64,000 nucleotides of DNA, from NCBI GenBank assembly GCA_048881705.1, contig JBHLSH010000007.1:13198-77197 (forward strand), in the 5' to 3' direction. This document shows positions 8,730 to 17,512 of the stretch, piece after piece. The notes beneath the pieces are model-generated. The model made no database searches. It had not been told where the DNA came from and saw only the letters and a program-made list of their open reading frames with translations. Origin of the DNA: Candidatus Heimdallarchaeota archaeon (GTDB lineage: Archaea; Asgardarchaeota; Heimdallarchaeia; Hodarchaeales; Hodarchaeaceae). A program made the position numbers and the translations under genes. Position 1 is the stretch's first letter. Each line of letters begins with the position of its first letter.

Positions 8730-11366
8730 TCATTGCGTTCTTCGTCTTACAACGAAGAACACTCCTATTGCGATGCTTAACAAGATTGTCCAGATTGTAA
8801 AGCCTGGAGATGTCGATGAAAGAGGATTAATTAAAATGCCAACCTCATAAGAAAAGTATGAACCCGAGATATCATATTTTTCTGCGGCATTACCTCTTTC
8901 GTCCCAAGCTTTTAGATACCACAGCACGGTCGTCATGTTTGCCTGCTTCGGGATGTTTGTATGCCATATGCCAGGCTGACCTTGATACTCAACTAATGGT
9001 GTAGATCTCCAGCTTGTCCCGTTATCAGTAGAAAAGTAGAGTACCGCATCTTGAACACCACCTTCTTCCTCAATTCCAACTGTGACAAGGGGGCTATCCT
9101 GTGGAGTAGGGCCTTTAAAATCCTGATCCGTATCGTAAATAATTGTCGGATATCCAAGCTTTGGAGGGACATAATCAACTGTATCATGTTCTATAGGGCT
9201 GGATGTGGCACAAAAGTTAGGTTCCGTTTGAAAAACGTAAGTTCCGAAGTTCTTGTCGATTCCGACTCTCTGAACAATCGAATCTTCAGGATCGTCATCA
9301 TGTATGGTATAGCTAGTTTTAATACTGTTACCTACGCTAGCTTCTGCGTAAACTTTCGTTTTTAGCGATAACTCCAAAGTTTCCTCAACGTGAACTCCAC
9401 CTAATATAAGTTTGGACCTTGTTTCACTTTGTATACCTATTGTGATGGATGAACTTACGGTATTTGTGTTTGTAATCTCATGAGAATTGATATAGGTTCC
9501 TGCTCCATCGGTGACCAAAAAGCCACTAATCCATTCAACTTGATCATTCGGATAGTCTATATGCACTGGGTTTAATTCTCTCCAACTTTCGGGGGCATTT
9601 GCATCACTCAGATAGGCTTCCGCGTCTCGTAATATTCCCCACCAGAGATGAGGATCATAATAAACCTCTGTTCCATTATAATACTCCACATAATGACTTG
9701 TGAGTACATACCTAAATTTCCATATTTCGCCCCAATAACGATCGCCATAACCAGGACCTATATGGTCAACAGAGGTAGAGGAATCAGACGAGGACAAAAA
9801 GGTGCTATCAGAAATATCAAACCTCGCATCAAATCCTAGACTAGCCTCCAAGGATAAAGAGAGCTTTGTAGAAGCTTCTATACCAGTTTCAAAAAGCCCG
9901 AACAGATCGAATTTTTCTTCAACGCCAACTTCCAATCCTAGGGTGACACCAGCAGTAATTTCACACCCGATTCCCAACGATATGGTTGACGATTTTTCAT
10001 AACTGGATGTACTACCATCGCCATTGGGATCATGAAGAATTAGATACAATTTCCTACCTTGATCAATTTCATTTTGTTGGAGGATTTCAAATCGAGCTGC
10101 GACCTTTTTATCAAAAGTAAAGTAACGGGTATCACTCGAGATTTCAGTATCGAATTCATTATATCCTCTTAAAATCGCTTCAATCAGTCCATAAAAGCTA
10201 TCGTTAAAAAGAAAAGCAACAGTGCCTGAACTCGGGACTGTCCCCATAGCTATGCCATTGAGTTCTAGTTTCACATACTCAACATCAGTTCCCTTTGAAT
10301 ACGTGAAATTAAACTCCACGGGGTCGGTTCCCGGACCATAAGTGATCGAACTATTCATGCTTGGGGATTCCCAAACGACTTCCACAATCAATCTCCTAAA
10401 GACAAAAGCGCGAGTATCACTGGCTACCTCATTATTATACAAGTTATACCCCCTTAAAGTTGCAAGGACTGATCCATTGAAATCATCAAACACAAATGTA
10501 ACCATTCCAGGGCTGGTTACTTCACCCATATCCGTAGTATTGAAAAACATCTTCACAGTATGGATATCATATCCTTTGGAAAATGTGAAATTAAACCGTG
10601 CTAAACCTGTAGCACTGAAAGAAATGGTATTACCGTTAGAAGGCGTACCCCAATTTAAATCATAGTCTAACCTTCTAAAACTGAAATAACGGATATCAGA
10701 AGCAACTAATACCCCAGTTTTATATCCGTTCAAACTAGCTGATATGGGTGAACCATCAAAAGAGGCTCCGTCCAAAATGACTTGAAAAGTTTGTATACCC
10801 CCAGTTAAAATATCAAAATTCTGATTACCAACGCGTAGTATTGCATCATCCAGGTTATCATAATTCCAATCAAAATCAAATATTACATTATTATCTATAG
10901 GCCCAAAGGTGATTTCTGTCCCATCAATCGGACTAATCCATGAGATCCCGGAACTTTCAGAAACAGTGTATGAATAATATGATGTCGAGGAGGGCAACAG
11001 GAACAAGAACAGTTGGGAATCTACCTCGCCCTCTACTCTAATTCTATATTCAACAAAGTCGCCCAAATTGCCTGCTGGGATAGTAGCTCTGTAGGTCCCT
11101 CCACCCATACTACTCATAGAGATTCCAACTTCTGCTCCGCCATTAAACTTGTAATAAACGTTTCCTATGATATAGCTGGGATACCGACTGTACCCCACAG
11201 AAACGTAAACTTCTACACTTTCTCCTTGATCAGGAATCGTAGGATTTCTCCAAACGCTTTCAATCCACATTTCTCCCGGTATCGGAGCGCGAGTTGCAGA
11301 AATTGCAAGTTGAGTTAAAACGATAAACGCGATTGCCCACCATATCTTTTTCATTGATTTTGACAT
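8730..11366 (-). CDS. 878-aa secreted, C-terminally anchored surface protein (Ig-like domains, 3 internal repeats, central Ser/Thr-rich beta-hairpin domain, PGF-CTERM-like tail)
   Basis: Signal peptide MKKIWWAIAFIVLTQLAISA. Three repeats of about 95 aa (W.SP..G..I.F...ASD.R.F.F.R). Related Ig-like domains at both ends. C-terminus SPGF+TM+RRR. Confidence 0.85.
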   Translation of the reverse strand: MSKSMKKIWWAIAFIVLTQLAISATRAPIPGEMWIESVWRNPTIPDQGESVEVYVSVGYSRYPSYIIGNVYYKFNGGAEVGISMSSMGGGTYRATIPAGNLGDFVEYRIRVEGEVDSQLFLFLLPSSTSYYSYTVSESSGISWISPIDGTEITFGPIDNNVIFDFDWNYDNLDDAILRVGNQNFDILTGGIQTFQVILDGASFDGSPISASLNGYKTGVLVASDIRYFSFRRLDYDLNWGTPSNGNTISFSATGLARFNFTFSKGYDIHTVKMFFNTTDMGEVTSPGMVTFVFDDFNGSVLATLRGYNLYNNEVASDTRAFVFRRLIVEVVWESPSMNSSITYGPGTDPVEFNFTYSKGTDVEYVKLELNGIAMGTVPSSGTVAFLFNDSFYGLIEAILRGYNEFDTEISSDTRYFTFDKKVAARFEILQQNEIDQGRKLYLILHDPNGDGSTSSYEKSSTISLGIGCEITAGVTLGLEVGVEEKFDLFGLFETGIEASTKLSLSLEASLGFDARFDISDSTFLSSSDSSTSVDHIGPGYGDRYWGEIWKFRYVLTSHYVEYYNGTEVYYDPHLWWGILRDAEAYLSDANAPESWRELNPVHIDYPNDQVEWISGFLVTDGAGTYINSHEITNTNTVSSSITIGIQSETRSKLILGGVHVEETLELSLKTKVYAEASVGNSIKTSYTIHDDDPEDSIVQRVGIDKNFGTYVFQTEPNFCATSSPIEHDTVDYVPPKLGYPTIIYDTDQDFKGPTPQDSPLVTVGIEEEGGVQDAVLYFSTDNGTSWRSTPLVEYQGQPGIWHTNIPKQANMTTVLWYLKAWDERGNAAEKYDISGSYFSYEVGILINPLSSTSPGFTIWTILLSIAIGVFFVVRRRTQ

Positions 11367-11459
11367 TATTTTCCACCATATCTTTTATTTTTCAAATATA
11401 TTACTTATTTGGCAACTTGAAGAATCTTGGTGATGTTATTTTCATTCTTTATTTCCTTG

Positions 11460-11474
11460 GGTTCAAATTGAACC
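11460..11474. promoter_or_regulatory. Perfect 15-bp palindrome GGTTCAA-A-TTGAACC, candidate operator
   Basis: Read directly from the sequence, about 95 bp upstream of the 11366 start. Confidence 0.35.
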
Positions 11475-11499
11475 ATTTATCTTCAATTAATTAAATTAC

Positions 11500-11542
11500 G
11501 GTCAAAACTTATAAATTTTTTGTAAATATATAAGTTATGACC
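11500..11542. promoter_or_regulatory. 14-bp inverted repeat (1 mismatch, 15-bp spacer) overlapping TATA-like sequence
   Basis: GGTCAAAACTTATA (11500-11513) and TATAAGTTATGACC (11529-11542), upstream of the surface protein gene. Confidence 0.35.
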
Positions 11543-11699
11543 AATTTTACCCATGGTTGCGTTCAATCACTTTTATCTGCAGATTCTCTTTTCTTGGTTT
11601 GTATTTATATCTCTAACTCTGTCATTTGGAGATTCTAGATCAATGATTTACATTTGTTTTAATTTCAATAGTTACATACATCCATTTATTACAGAAACC

Positions 11700-12362
11700 T
11701 CAGAAAAGCTCCTTATCCGTCAACAATTCTAATTCAAGAGCATCTTCCGGAGGAAGGTTTGCATATAAATCTTGGCCTATATCTCTTCTACGATAACCAA
11801 TCCCGATAATGAGAACCAGAAGAAGCGCTAGTATACTGAGTCCAACGATCAATAACATCTCAGATAAACTACTGGGATTATTTTCTGGGAGAGAGAAGGT
11901 TGGGGTATTAGCTATTTGATGGACGTTCACCAAAACGTCGTCTGAAGCTCTATTGCCCCAAGAATCTTCTACTATAATCGTGTAAAGATGGGTTCCGATT
12001 GGCAAATTATCTATAGAAACACTTACGGTTCCATTTTCTAACCAGGTTTTGTTCATTTCTGTATCAATGTATTGGTAATTGTGTTGTATGGAATAATTTC
12101 CTGGGTTCTTATCCGCAATATACCATGTGATATTGTGACCTGTTGTATTTACCAAATAGCTGAAATCAGCAGGTTTTGTTATGAGTGGAGGAGTTAAATC
12201 GATACTTGAGTTATCTTGAAACAGTTGTAACGGTGATCTGGCTTTTATTGTTCGATAAACGATGTAATTCTGGTCACTGAGCATTAGATTAATTGGATTT
12301 GCGAATATGGCAGTTTGGATTATAACCACAATTATTAATCGAAAATTGCGGTGGCTAATCAT
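11700..12362 (-). CDS. Single-pass membrane protein with one Ig-like domain of the type common in Asgard surface proteins
   Basis: N-terminal hydrophobic signal. PPLITKPADFSY...ITW...D.NP..Y...V.ID.L.IG.H.YTI.V.D..GN..SD.V.V. TM MLLIVGLSILALLLVLIIGIGY followed by RRR and a short acidic tail. Confidence 0.75.
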   Translation of the reverse strand: MISHRNFRLIIVVIIQTAIFANPINLMLSDQNYIVYRTIKARSPLQLFQDNSSIDLTPPLITKPADFSYLVNTTGHNITWYIADKNPGNYSIQHNYQYIDTEMNKTWLENGTVSVSIDNLPIGTHLYTIIVEDSWGNRASDDVLVNVHQIANTPTFSLPENNPSSLSEMLLIVGLSILALLLVLIIGIGYRRRDIGQDLYANLPPEDALELELLTDKELF

Positions 12363-12408
12363 TTTTCTCCCAGTATTATAAAACTTGGATATTTATTACT
12401 TTCCAACT

Positions 12409-13377
12409 CTATATAGATTGGGATCCTATTAAATTTGTGTATGCTTTAAGAATTCTTTTCTTCTTAAGTAATTGATGGTTTACAAGCCAATAATAGAAGA
12501 AAAAGTCTGCAACATCTCTCACCTGTATTAATGGATGTAGTTCGCCAAGTGGCAATTCGGCCCAGATCTTTTCAATAGCCAATGACCGATATATTTCCTT
12601 TAACTCCTTTTCACTGGTTTTCTTTAATATCAGATCGGGCATTCTATCTTTGATAGTTTTATCCAATCTTCTAATCATTGAAACCCAACGCTGTCTTTTT
12701 TCAGATTGTTTAACGATCTCATCAGGCCTTCCCTTCTTAAAAACCATATACTGGAGAATCAGTTTGAACTTTTTGATCTGAGAAATTGGCTCAATACTAC
12801 GTCTTTGCGAGAATTCCTGAACCACCTTGTTTAGAATTAATCTCATCTCCCTGGAAATATCATCTGATGGCTCTTTCATCAAAAAATCGGAATAGTGGGC
12901 CTGGTTTACGAATGTAGTAGTAGATAATTTCATTTTTTTCCTGATAATGTCATCTACAGTTTTAAATTCAGCACTAGCATTACCAAGAACCGTCTCAATG
13001 ACTTCCAAACTATTTCTGATAATTGGTTCCCTTTCCTTACTGTATATACAATAAATACCAGCAATAGCTCCAGCCTTTCTAATTCTAGAATCATTAGAAA
13101 ACCTGTTTGAAATTAACCAATTATACCAAACCATCCGATATTTAGCATGGACAGGAAAAATGTCAGGGCCGCTTAATTGCCCAATAATCGATTGTTCAAC
13201 TTGTTGAGTGCTATCACCTTTGACCAAGGCTGTTGATTTTGTCATCAACCTTACAGCTGTTAAATTGGGGTTTTCAGTCATCTTTTCAGTGAAGAAAAAG
13301 TCGATCGCGCTAGGTCCACGATCTAAGAAATAACAGAACATAATGGAAGAAAATACAACATGTTCTGAATCATTCAT
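12409..13377 (-). CDS. Hypothetical protein with N-terminal longin/uDENN-like domain
   Basis: Beta-strand SSIMFCYF followed by DRGP. Later strand-loop-strand YNWLIS.....SRIRKAGAIAGIYCIY and helix IIRNSLEVIETVL match the pattern of longin/uDENN folds. The C-terminus is helical and basic. Confidence 0.55.
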   Translation of the reverse strand: MNDSEHVVFSSIMFCYFLDRGPSAIDFFFTEKMTENPNLTAVRLMTKSTALVKGDSTQQVEQSIIGQLSGPDIFPVHAKYRMVWYNWLISNRFSNDSRIRKAGAIAGIYCIYSKEREPIIRNSLEVIETVLGNASAEFKTVDDIIRKKMKLSTTTFVNQAHYSDFLMKEPSDDISREMRLILNKVVQEFSQRRSIEPISQIKKFKLILQYMVFKKGRPDEIVKQSEKRQRWVSMIRRLDKTIKDRMPDLILKKTSEKELKEIYRSLAIEKIWAELPLGELHPLIQVRDVADFFFYYWLVNHQLLKKKRILKAYTNLIGSQSI

Positions 13378-13543
13378 CCAAAAATCCCGTAAGCGGTTCC
13401 TAGGTCTTATGATTTTAATGATTTATGCACTATTCTTTATACAGTTAGGAAAAACGAGAATTATGAAGTAAATGCTTTCATCATAAAAAGTCACATGAGA
13501 GAACGGGAAAAAACGGAATAATCATATTAAGAGATGAATATCT

Positions 13544-15088
13544 GTGTCTAAATCTGGCGAGAAGAAACAGAAGGTGGAAAAGGATCACGATTCGGCTAAT
13601 TTTTTAGAACCAATCCCTTGTGATTCCTTCATTCGTCATCAACTCTTAAAGTTATTCGCTGATGCCGGACTAGAGGATTTTCAATCTCAGATTTTGCTTT
13701 CTATAGTTTTACATGGAGGTCAAATCAAGCCAATAACTCTGGCAAAGGATATACGCTGCAGCCCGATGCGTTTAGAACTGCCCGACGGTTTTCCAAGTCT
13801 TATTAACCTTAATTTGATAGCAATGTCACATAATCGTCCCAAAACAGCCATGCTTGCCATTAAAATAGAAGAACTCATTGAATGTTTATCAATGCGAACA
13901 ATTAGATCAAATTACTTGATTCATCCAAAAAATGCTCGAGAAATGTTAATCAAGCTCGACCAGTTTTCTTTAATACCTCATTCCCTGAGCTTGGGCAAAA
14001 GTAAAACCAACGCTTTTGCTTTTTTACGTGATTATTATACTTACTTACAGTTATTAACTGAAAAACTCCCTTCTCTATCGTTTATGATATTATGCACACT
14101 ATTATCTTTGGGGATGAAGGAGAAAGAGGCGATAATTCTTACTCAATTAATAATCTGCGGAGGTAAAATCTCAAAAAGAGACTTTTTCCTGGATCATATA
14201 AAGAACATTGGCATAACCAACCTCCTTGGCAACTCTAAGCTTTTGGAAGACGATTTCAAAATGTTGGGATATACGGGAGAAAATCTAATTACTAAAGTAC
14301 GAGAGTTTAATGCCTTTGCCACCCAAAAAATAGGTCCTTTCCAATTTTCAAACGAACAGCAGTTCAATACGACTTTAAATTGCCTCCAAAGCTTTTGTCA
14401 GACAACGTCAATGGGAAAAAAAGAGGGAAAGCGTAAGCTTAAGTATTTAACACTCACAAAAACCATTTCTCAGCTTGCAGATTCTCTTTATCAATCATTT
14501 AAGGATTTCAAGGAGCAACATGAAACTGAATTTCAAATATTGCAAAAGGCTTATTCAAACGTTAAGCTAGTCGATAGAGAGATCTTCCTTTCATCAATTG
14601 CTGATCCTTCTTCTACTCGAAAACGACTGGAAACGGATTTAAAGTATGCAGAAGGAATCTATCTTGTTTTCATCCATTCTTATTTTGTGGAGGATATATT
14701 TCTTAAAATATTTGCCTCTGATAAGGTCGATTCTAAGCTAGATCTAATTGTTGCCGAAGAACAGAAGGATGTGTTCATTGATATTCTAAAACTGCATAAA
14801 AGAGGAATTCAAGGAAAAAGGGGAATATCAGAAACTGATACCGTCACTTTCACTCCCTCCATGTCGATTCCCCAAGATGTACTTGTTGGAAATACAATTA
14901 TTTTGTTTTATAAAGTTGGATCCTCTATGATCATTATTCAGGAAGAAATAACAAAGGAAAATCCAACGGAGATCAATACTATACCAAATGATGTAGAACT
15001 CGCTTCCAGGCAATTTAATAAAATAAGGGAAGATAATCCAGAGAGTACAATGGCTATGATCTCTTTAATAAACAAACCAGGAGAATGA
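13544..15088 (+). CDS. TrmB-like protein with two winged-helix modules and a C-terminal effector-like domain
   Basis: Two TrmB-like HTH starts (AGLEDFQSQILLSIVLHGGQIKPITLAKDI; LGMKEKEAIILTQLIICGGKIS), a coiled-coil segment, then an alpha/beta C-terminal domain. Confidence 0.55.
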   Translation: MSKSGEKKQKVEKDHDSANFLEPIPCDSFIRHQLLKLFADAGLEDFQSQILLSIVLHGGQIKPITLAKDIRCSPMRLELPDGFPSLINLNLIAMSHNRPKTAMLAIKIEELIECLSMRTIRSNYLIHPKNAREMLIKLDQFSLIPHSLSLGKSKTNAFAFLRDYYTYLQLLTEKLPSLSFMILCTLLSLGMKEKEAIILTQLIICGGKISKRDFFLDHIKNIGITNLLGNSKLLEDDFKMLGYTGENLITKVREFNAFATQKIGPFQFSNEQQFNTTLNCLQSFCQTTSMGKKEGKRKLKYLTLTKTISQLADSLYQSFKDFKEQHETEFQILQKAYSNVKLVDREIFLSSIADPSSTRKRLETDLKYAEGIYLVFIHSYFVEDIFLKIFASDKVDSKLDLIVAEEQKDVFIDILKLHKRGIQGKRGISETDTVTFTPSMSIPQDVLVGNTIILFYKVGSSMIIIQEEITKENPTEINTIPNDVELASRQFNKIREDNPESTMAMISLINKPGE

Positions 15089-15094
15089 TCCTTC

Positions 15095-15667
15095 TTGAGT
15101 CATCTAAAGACAACAATTCGCGCAATAGGAGCACCAATCAATTTGGTTTTTTGTGGTTTGGACAATGCAGGTAAAACAGCCATGTATATTAGATTGACAA
15201 CAGGAAAATTCGTCACGGATCTTAAACCAACTCTTGCCTCAACATTGGATGCAATAAACCTCGAGGAGGATGATGAATTCGTAAAGGTTACCATTATCGA
15301 TTTGGGTGGTCAAAAGGGATTACGGGATCTTTGGAGTTCGTATCTCGAAAAATGTAATGCGATCATATATGTTGTTGATGCCTATGATTCCGCTCGGTTC
15401 TTAGAATCCAAAAATGAGTTTCAAGCAAGAGTAGTTCCATTAATCAAACAAATACCCTGTATTGTCGTTTGTAATAAACTAGACCTAATTCAGGCTGATT
15501 CTAAGGTAAGAGATAATTCTGAATTGATCCGTGAGGTAGAAAACACTATTCAGAAAGCGTTAGATGTGCCAAAGGGGGATAATTTTTCAATAATAGCTGC
15601 TAGTCAGAAAACGGGATACGGATTACCGAAAGTTAAAAGGCGGCTGATAAGTCATTTCGTTAAATGA
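15095..15667 (+). CDS. Arf/Sar-like small GTPase
   Basis: G1 GLDNAGKT, G2 KPT, G3 DLGGQ, Arf-like LRDLWSSY...AIIYVVDA.D..RF.ESK, G4 NKLD. TTG start 6 nt after the upstream stop. Confidence 0.92.
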   Translation: MSHLKTTIRAIGAPINLVFCGLDNAGKTAMYIRLTTGKFVTDLKPTLASTLDAINLEEDDEFVKVTIIDLGGQKGLRDLWSSYLEKCNAIIYVVDAYDSARFLESKNEFQARVVPLIKQIPCIVVCNKLDLIQADSKVRDNSELIREVENTIQKALDVPKGDNFSIIAASQKTGYGLPKVKRRLISHFVK

Positions 15668-15730
15668 AATTATCTCATCTCACCATTTCTCGCAAAAGTA
15701 TCCTTGAGCAGTTTACCTTCATAGAGGAGG

Positions 15731-15752
15731 AAGAGGCGGGTACCGCCTCCTT
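15731..15752 (+). terminator. GC-rich hairpin downstream of GTPase gene, possible terminator
   Basis: GAGGCGG-GTA-CCGCCTC 7-bp stem about 65 nt after the stop at 15667, followed by TTGATTTCT. Confidence 0.3.
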
Positions 15753-15995
15753 GATTTCTAGATCTAACGATGAAGGGAGATAGTTTTCTGGGATAATCAA
15801 TTTGAAATACCATAAACAACTGACTCGTTTGAAGTCGATAAAAATGAAGATCTGAGAGTACTTAATTCCCATATTAAAACCTTCAGGATTCAAAAATTTC
15901 CAAACCATCCTCGAAAATGGTTTTATCGGAGCGGTATTGCTTTATATTTCTGAAAAATGTTTTCTCCAGGACTATAGATCTCAAGGTTCTCACCA

Positions 15996-16211
15996 ATGAA
16001 TCCAAAAGAACATGAGCTGCTCAGAGCCATGGGAGACTGTTATAAGGTGTGCCAAGGCAGTTTTGAAGAAACATTGAGTATGATTTCGGGTTGGAGAGGG
16101 TATACAACTGAAGAAGTAAGGCTAATCCTACTTGCTGTTCGTGAAAAACATGGAGTTGAGCCCGAATATATCGAATTGAGAAGCCGATTTCCAGAGGATT
16201 TCCCCGTTTAA
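15996..16211 (+). CDS. 71-aa hypothetical protein
   Basis: Protein-like helical sequence with ATG start, co-oriented 33 bp before the next gene. Confidence 0.7.
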   Translation: MNPKEHELLRAMGDCYKVCQGSFEETLSMISGWRGYTTEEVRLILLAVREKHGVEPEYIELRSRFPEDFPV

Positions 16212-16244
16212 TATTTGAAGATCTCTTTGTAAGGTAAGATAGCA

Positions 16245-17144
16245 ATGATAAGATGTATGGTCTGTGATGAGCTTTTCGAGGGTGAAGAGTTTTTAAAGCT
16301 GGCTGATCACCTCTATACGTTAACGGAAGTGAGCGATCCTAGTCACATAAGTTGGCTGAATAGGAATCTTACGAGTCAAAAAGTAAAACCTAGGAATCTT
16401 GCATCACTTCTTCAAGATTATTTCGATATAGGAGAGTTGGGATTAAAAAAATGGGTAAAGTTACGGTTCATCGAGAAATTCTATGGCACTCCAGCTCATC
16501 CTTTTGTCGAAGCTCTCCAGCATCCCTCTCGTGCGACGCTCTTGGGTTATGTTGTTGAACATCAGCATTTTTTGAGGCAGTGGGTGAGATCTTGCGCCTA
16601 CATCATGGCCAAAACCGAGTTTGATGACGTGGTCCTCTATGAATTAGATAATATTAACACTGAATTTGGAGGCTACCAAGGATCGGAGGCACATTACCAG
16701 TTGTTGCTCAAGATGGGAGAGAGTTTGGGTTTTACGAAGGAAAAAATAATCAGTATGAAACCCCTTGCAGAGACAGAAAAATCGATCAAGCTCTGGAGCC
16801 ATATTGCGGCTACCTATCATTGGTTAGAGACGATGTTGGCAATGCATGGTCTGGAATTGATTGCTCACAAGGGATTACGAGGAGATGGAGCAGTCAAACA
16901 TTATTTTGATCCAGAGATTTTGGAAACCAACGAAGTAACTGAGGCAACAAAAGCGTTTCTAAGGGAGGGATATGAAGCTGATGTCCAGCACGTTGAAGAG
17001 GCCTTGGATTTGATAGAAAAGTACACTTCAACCTCAAAATCCCAGTATCTCAGAGCTGCCCAAAGTACATTCCTGAAATCAATAGAGGCATTTGATAAAT
17101 ATCTGACGAGTAGATTAAAAAGGGCCGAGCAATTTGAAGGCTAG
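16245..17144 (+). CDS. C2H2-like Zn-finger fused to CADD/PqqC/TenA (heme-oxygenase-like) helical domain
   Basis: N-terminal C4xxC7...H22...H34. HPFVEAL, DNINTE..., AHYQLL..MGESLG, GLE and EADVQH align with CADD motifs DNLMDE, NHIDLW, YE and EADVRH. Confidence 0.8.
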   Translation: MIRCMVCDELFEGEEFLKLADHLYTLTEVSDPSHISWLNRNLTSQKVKPRNLASLLQDYFDIGELGLKKWVKLRFIEKFYGTPAHPFVEALQHPSRATLLGYVVEHQHFLRQWVRSCAYIMAKTEFDDVVLYELDNINTEFGGYQGSEAHYQLLLKMGESLGFTKEKIISMKPLAETEKSIKLWSHIAATYHWLETMLAMHGLELIAHKGLRGDGAVKHYFDPEILETNEVTEATKAFLREGYEADVQHVEEALDLIEKYTSTSKSQYLRAAQSTFLKSIEAFDKYLTSRLKRAEQFEG

Positions 17145-17430
17145 AAAAGACGGATGTGCCTTATGTGGTTCAACTTGGGGGAACTTTTGGTTCGAGATAG
17201 AGGGGATTAATAGGTTTTTTTGTTGTAAGGTTTGTGCCCAATCATTTAAAAGCCTCCTGAGATCGATCAAGGAGAGTACAGGATGGCCTCATATAACCAG
17301 GCTTGAGATTTCGGGAGATGTTTATCAGAGAGCCGTGCTAGCAGGGTTTGATGAAGAGGAAGCGCTTTTCACCGTATCTTTCACTTCTTCAGGCGAAATA
17401 AGCGGCTTTTCAAAAGCCAAAAACCTTTGA
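17134..17430 (+). CDS. TA0938-family Cys-rich metal-binding protein
   Basis: GCALCGSTWG...EIEG..RFFCCKVCA matches the Thermoplasma TA0938 family pattern. It overlaps the upstream stop by 11 nt. Confidence 0.8.
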   Translation: MKARKDGCALCGSTWGNFWFEIEGINRFFCCKVCAQSFKSLLRSIKESTGWPHITRLEISGDVYQRAVLAGFDEEEALFTVSFTSSGEISGFSKAKNL

Positions 17431-17512
17431 AATCCCTCCATATGAACCTGGTTTATATCTCTGCCTGCGTAGGGGACGAGCGCCAATCATGATTTGAATC
17501 GGTGAAGGAAAA

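Noticed and set aside
15675-15908. 77-aa minus-strand ORF
   Set aside because: No recognisable features or SD, and it spans the GC hairpin better explained as a terminator. Left uncalled.
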